Part shown: piece after piece, positions 60,847-64,000 of the stretch | How the letters are laid out: each line of letters begins with the position of its first letter | Numbering within the stretch: position 1 is the first letter of the stretch | Origin: Phycisphaerales bacterium | GTDB lineage: Bacteria > Planctomycetota > Phycisphaerae > SM23-33 > FEN-1343 | Length of the DNA stretch: 64,000 bases | Reading direction: 5' to 3' | Assembly (NCBI GenBank): GCA_003171335.1 | Contig: PMYD01000025.1 | Coordinates: 2,682-66,681, forward strand | The notes under the pieces: generated by a model | Database searches by the model: none | Seen by the model: only the letters and a program-made list of their open reading frames with translations | What the model was told of the DNA's origin: nothing | Position numbers and translations under genes: made by a program

Positions 60847-61837
60847 CCCGCAGGGCCTGGCGGACTTGCCTGCTGGCCGCATGCCCCTGTCCGATGTCGT
60901 TCCGCTGATGGCGCGGGCCGAGCAGCAAGGCGTCGGGCCGGTGGTCCTGGCCAACCTGGAACGCTGGGCGCAAACGCAGTCGATTCACCGGAAACAGTGC
61001 GCCTCGGCGGCTCCGTTGGCGGCGCTGCTGGCGGCCTCTCGCCCGCGGATCCTGCATCAGGCCGGCCTGGCGCTGATGCTGCGCGCTGCCAGCGGCGCCC
61101 TGGTGAGGGCCTTGGCCGCAGCGCGCGTGCCGGCCACGGTGCTCAAAGGCACGGATTTTGCCGATCGGCTCTACCCGGTGGCAGCGCTGCGGCCACAGCG
61201 CGATGTCGATCTGCTGGTGCCGCGCGATGCCTTGGCGACCGCCGAGGCCGTGCTGGGCGGTCTCGGTTACGCCGCCGTGCCCGATCCGCCGAGGAAGTAC
61301 AAAGATGGCTACGGCCAGCGCATCTGGCGCCGCGACGACGCGGGCGCGGTCGTGGAACTGCATTGGAACCTGGTGAATTCCCCTGCCGTGCGCCGCGGCA
61401 TCAGCGTGCTGTACGAGGACCTCACCTTCGAGCCGGCCGTCATGCCCGGCAGCCTGCCGCGCCTGACGGCGGCATCGTGCGTGCTCCTGGCGGCCGTGCA
61501 CGGCGCCACCAGCCATAGTTTCGAACGGCTCCAACTGCTGTGCGACATCCGGCAGTTGGCTCGCGGAGCCGCCGGACCGATCGATACGGCCTGGCTGGCG
61601 GATGCGGCTTCTCGCACCGGCAGCCTGTCGGCGCTGGGCGTGGCGCTGCGATTGACGGCGCAGACGCTGCGCTGCCCGTCGTGCTCGGTGCTCTGCCAGT
61701 CGCTCGGTCCGCGGCTGCCATCGCGGTGGAGCTGGGTCCTGACTCCGGCGGTCGTGCTGGGCGAAGCGCCTTTGGGCGCGGTCCGGCGGCAACTGTTTCG
61801 TCACCTGCAGAAGAATCCCCCATGCTCGTCCTTGTGA
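60806..61837 (+). CDS. nucleotidyltransferase-family protein of the type found beside PqqD/lasso-like clusters
   Basis: ..LKGTDFADRLYPVAALRPQRDVDLLVPRDA.. resembles the hG[GS]..D.D signature of minimal nucleotidyltransferase-fold proteins. Overlaps the kinase 3' end by ~40 nt. Confidence 0.5.
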   Translation: MRSRINRWLVALCDPQGLADLPAGRMPLSDVVPLMARAEQQGVGPVVLANLERWAQTQSIHRKQCASAAPLAALLAASRPRILHQAGLALMLRAASGALVRALAAARVPATVLKGTDFADRLYPVAALRPQRDVDLLVPRDALATAEAVLGGLGYAAVPDPPRKYKDGYGQRIWRRDDAGAVVELHWNLVNSPAVRRGISVLYEDLTFEPAVMPGSLPRLTAASCVLLAAVHGATSHSFERLQLLCDIRQLARGAAGPIDTAWLADAASRTGSLSALGVALRLTAQTLRCPSCSVLCQSLGPRLPSRWSWVLTPAVVLGEAPLGAVRRQLFRHLQKNPPCSSL

Positions 61838-61931
61838 TTTGTACGCGTTGCTGGGCACGCTGGCCTTGTCGCGGCCAGGTGGCAGTCTTGTTCGCAGCAC
61901 AGAAAGAACGATCTTGCGCGGAGCTCGCACC

Positions 61932-62219
61932 ATGATCACCTTGGAAAGCGTTCTGGAACTTCCTCCCGCCACCGCCTGCCAATCGCTGGGCGTGGGGCAG
62001 GACAGCGTCATCCTCTCGATGGACAGCGGCTACCTGTATACCGGCAACCAGACCACCCACGCATTCTTGAACGCCCTGGATGGCCGCCGCACGCTGGGCC
62101 AGGTGGCCGATGTGCTGGCGGGACAGTTCGACGTGCGGCTGGAACGCCTGCAGGCGGATCTGCTGGCCTTGGCCGGCCGGCTGCTCGACGAGCGGCTGAT
62201 CGTCGTGGTGAAGAACTGA
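61932..62219 (+). CDS. PqqD-family RiPP recognition element (B1-like) protein
   Basis: MITLESVLELPPATACQSLGVGQDSVILSMDSGYLYTGNQTTHAFLNALDGRRTLGQVADVLAGQFDV...LQADLLALAGRLLDERLIVV matches the PqqD-family pattern (..Y.LN.T...IW.LLDG.RTL.EI...L...F..). An alternative TTG start is at 61839. Confidence 0.65.
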   Translation: MITLESVLELPPATACQSLGVGQDSVILSMDSGYLYTGNQTTHAFLNALDGRRTLGQVADVLAGQFDVRLERLQADLLALAGRLLDERLIVVVKN

Positions 62220-62629
62220 TGGCCGTGCGAACGGCGGTCTTGCGATGCCACATCTGGCTGGTGGCCAGCTTGATACCCCTGCTGGACCGTCTGCTGTCGT
62301 TGGCAGGTTTGCTGCGGCTGCTGACTCCCCATCGGCCGTGGAAGCTTTACCGCGGCCTTGGAAGCCAGCCTGTGGTGCAGGCGGTGCGCCGCCGGCTGGG
62401 CAGGCCCACGCACATGCGCCGCCGGGCGTGCCTGCGCCTGGGCATCACGCTGTACCACTTCCTGCGGTTGGCCGGCCTGCCTGCCCAACTGCGGTTTGGC
62501 GTGTACCCGCCACAAACGCAGGGAGGCCGTCGGATGCACGGCCACTGCTGGGTCTTGCTCAATGGTCGTTGCCTGGCCGACCCGCCCGACGAGCCGGTGG
62601 TCCAGGTACTTGTTTGGCCGGCCTCATAG
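62219..62629 (+). CDS. lasso-peptide B2-like (transglutaminase-core) cysteine protease homologue
   Basis: Start overlaps the PqqD-gene stop. ..RRACLRLGITLYHFLRLAGLPAQLRFGV...RMHGHCWVLLNGRCLADP.. matches the Cys...His-Cys-Trp-Val...Asp-Pro pattern of leader-peptidase B2 proteins. Confidence 0.5.
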   Translation: MAVRTAVLRCHIWLVASLIPLLDRLLSLAGLLRLLTPHRPWKLYRGLGSQPVVQAVRRRLGRPTHMRRRACLRLGITLYHFLRLAGLPAQLRFGVYPPQTQGGRRMHGHCWVLLNGRCLADPPDEPVVQVLVWPAS

Positions 62630-62882
62630 TGGGCAGGCCTTCCCCATCCTCAAATACAAATGCGGGTTTTTGAAAGGAATAGCGGGCGCCAGTCGCAGTT
62701 CAAACAGATCGCTCAACTGCAGGAATTGTCGTGATCAACATGCAGCACGCCGATTTCCTTTGGCGTTGCATTCCTGATGCCCAGTACGAGAGGAGAAACT
62801 ACGGCGGTCCTATCACGACACGGTCTACATCGCCTATTACATCAAGTATGCCGACGACTTCGCCGAGGGCGGATCGGGCGGC

Positions 62883-63644
62883 ATGCATGGTTGCAACATC
62901 GCCATCAACAACCAGAACGGCAAGCCCGACGCCTTTGGCCTGGCCACCGCCGGCCACACGGCCGATGGTACAAATTTCGCCAGCGCCTGGGCCGAGACGG
63001 AAAACAACTGGGCGACGACCACGCCTCCCGGGCACGTGGTTGCCTGCTGGCGGCTGGCCAACATGCAGGCCAACCATTACTGGACGGGAAAGGTTCCAGC
63101 GCGCGGCATCTGGCATTATGTCGTCAATCGCGTGGGCCTCAATGATGTGGGGAAGGACAACGGCTACCTGGACATCTGGTACGACGGCGAATTGCTGGGG
63201 CATTTTACGGGCCAGCATAACACCCCGCCCCTGCAGGGACTCCGCATGCGAACGACCCCGGACCTCGTGATTCGTGCCTTCTATCCGGGCATCTACGTGC
63301 ACCACAATTCCCAGAAGAACACCGTCTGGATCGACGACATCAGCATCGTGGCGGAGTCGCCGTCCCTCTGTACAGCGCCCACGGACCTGAAGGCCGAGCG
63401 GTCCGCCGACAGCATCGCCCTGACGTGGACGGCGAGCGAAGGCGCGACCGGGTACAACGTCTATCGCTCCGACTCGCGCAAGCAGGGCGTGAGCACGCCT
63501 TTTATCCGGCTCACCGAGCGTCCCGTGGCACAACCCTCCTGCGTCGACAAGAGTGCGGCCCAGGGCAAACCCTATTACTATCTCGTCACCGCCGTAAGTG
63601 CGCACGGCGAATCCACCTTTTCACAGGAGGCCACCGCGCCGTAG
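62883..63644 (+). CDS. secreted-type domain protein (glycan-lyase-like N-part, C-terminal FN3 domain), probably N-terminally truncated or frameshifted
   Basis: C-terminal FN3 (..PTDLKAERSADSIALTWTASEGATGYNVYRS...KPYYYLVTAVSAHGES..). In-frame protein-like sequence (..SYHDTVYIAYYIKYADDFAEGGSGG..) runs upstream of the first ATG to a stop with no start. A different-frame ORF (62731..) begins MINMQHADFLWRCIPDAQYERRNYGG. Confidence 0.3.
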   Translation: MHGCNIAINNQNGKPDAFGLATAGHTADGTNFASAWAETENNWATTTPPGHVVACWRLANMQANHYWTGKVPARGIWHYVVNRVGLNDVGKDNGYLDIWYDGELLGHFTGQHNTPPLQGLRMRTTPDLVIRAFYPGIYVHHNSQKNTVWIDDISIVAESPSLCTAPTDLKAERSADSIALTWTASEGATGYNVYRSDSRKQGVSTPFIRLTERPVAQPSCVDKSAAQGKPYYYLVTAVSAHGESTFSQEATAP

Positions 63645-63743
63645 ATCGTCTGCGAACACTGCTAGCACTCTGCCCGGCTCAAATTGGCGGGTATTGTCGT
63701 TTCCGTTTGATCCGCCCGGAACCCGCCGGCGGCTTCGCGTGCA

Positions 63744-64000
63744 TCATCCATGCTCCCGCGCGGCATCGTAAGCGGCGATCACGTTCTCCGGCGGCACGTT
63801 GGCCTGGAGATTGTGCACGGGTGTGAAGATGTAGCCGCCGCCGCGCGAGAAGACATCGATGTTCCGACAGGCCACATCGCGGACCTCCGCGGCGCTGGCT
63901 CTATCCAAGATGCCCTGGGTGCTCACGCCTCCGCCCCAGAACGCGATGTCCCGCCCGAACTCTCGCTTCAGGCGCTCCGGAGACATGCCGGCGGCCGTGA
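63744..64000 (-). CDS. second URO-D/MtaA-like family protein, C-terminal end only (5' part beyond window end)
   Basis: ..DIAFWGGGVSTQGILDRASAAEVRDVACRNIDVFSRGGGYIFTPVHNLQANVPPENVIAAYDAAREHG is a typical URO-D/MtaA C-terminus. Confidence 0.5.
   Translation of the reverse strand, partial: TAAGMSPERLKREFGRDIAFWGGGVSTQGILDRASAAEVRDVACRNIDVFSRGGGYIFTPVHNLQANVPPENVIAAYDAAREHG

Noticed and set aside
59699-62629. Canonical lasso-peptide cluster
   Set aside because: There is no asparagine-synthetase-like cyclase (C protein) within the window, and the putative core (AAAVSAAVIS / ACKTTAAAVSAAVIS) lacks the Asp/Glu needed for the macrolactam. I call it lasso-related but distinct.
1-64000. rRNA, tRNA, tmRNA or other known structured RNA genes
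   Set aside because: I searched for tRNA T-arm/acceptor signatures (GGTTCGAATCC-type) and rRNA-like conserved stretches and found none. The many hairpins are repeat-family palindromes, not cloverleaves.

Overview
GC-rich window (roughly two-thirds G+C by eye). It is probably from a Planctomycetota-like (PVC) chromosome: fused secDF, and a giant secreted dockerin-repeat protein starting with the N-terminal ..ENLESRLLL.. motif. Gene content, in order:
- yajC, an overlapping ORF, then secDF.
- fba.
- A near-complete [FeFe]-hydrogenase island, all on the minus strand: maturases hydG, an aspartase-like lyase and hydF; a REC-histidine-kinase hybrid; a sensory hydrogenase (HydS-type H-domain with an extra Cx2Cx4Cx16C motif) fused directly to a histidine kinase; a CheY-like receiver; and a trimeric, apparently electron-bifurcating hydA-hydB-hydC operon in which HydB is a NuoF-GltD fusion. 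hydE is not in the window.
- A GT39-like membrane glycosyltransferase and a HEAT-repeat protein.
- Two further two-component modules.
- lexA, a GH3-family gene and an alpha/beta hydrolase.
- An IS200/RAYT-like Y1 transposase flanked by long inverted REP-bearing repeats.
- A Gfo/Idh/MocA oxidoreductase, an M16 lipoprotein peptidase, and a Zn-ribbon/lipoprotein/RDD operon.
- An orphan TolC-like gene behind a ~0.9 kb AT-richer island packed with REP elements.
- An accessory biosynthetic neighbourhood: B12-binding radical SAM, type III PKS, mscL, a DUF2961 remnant, a histidine-decarboxylase-like gene plus ACT protein, and two UroD-like genes.
- Inside that neighbourhood, a tight RiPP-like peptide-modification cluster with no lasso cyclase: a candidate 40-aa precursor ending in Ser, an HPr-kinase-like kinase, a nucleotidyltransferase, a PqqD protein and a lasso-B2-like protease.

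The most unusual feature is that almost every intergenic region carries structured palindromic repeats. I see at least six families:
- a 124-142 bp nested palindrome present in three copies;
- GGTGGCACAGGCT..AGCCTGTGCCACC hairpins;
- GTGCCACGGCTG..CAGCCGTGCGCT paired hairpins;
- CACGGGCG-TCTC-GCCCGTG hairpin clusters;
- AT-rich heptamer-array-armed palindromes;
- TCAACCCCGGCAGGGGTTGA hairpins.

No rRNA, tRNA or CRISPR array was found. Most long + strand ORFs in the track are antisense shadows of minus-strand genes. Several ORF-track 'M' starts are GTG or TTG. My coordinates may be off by 1-3 nt in places.
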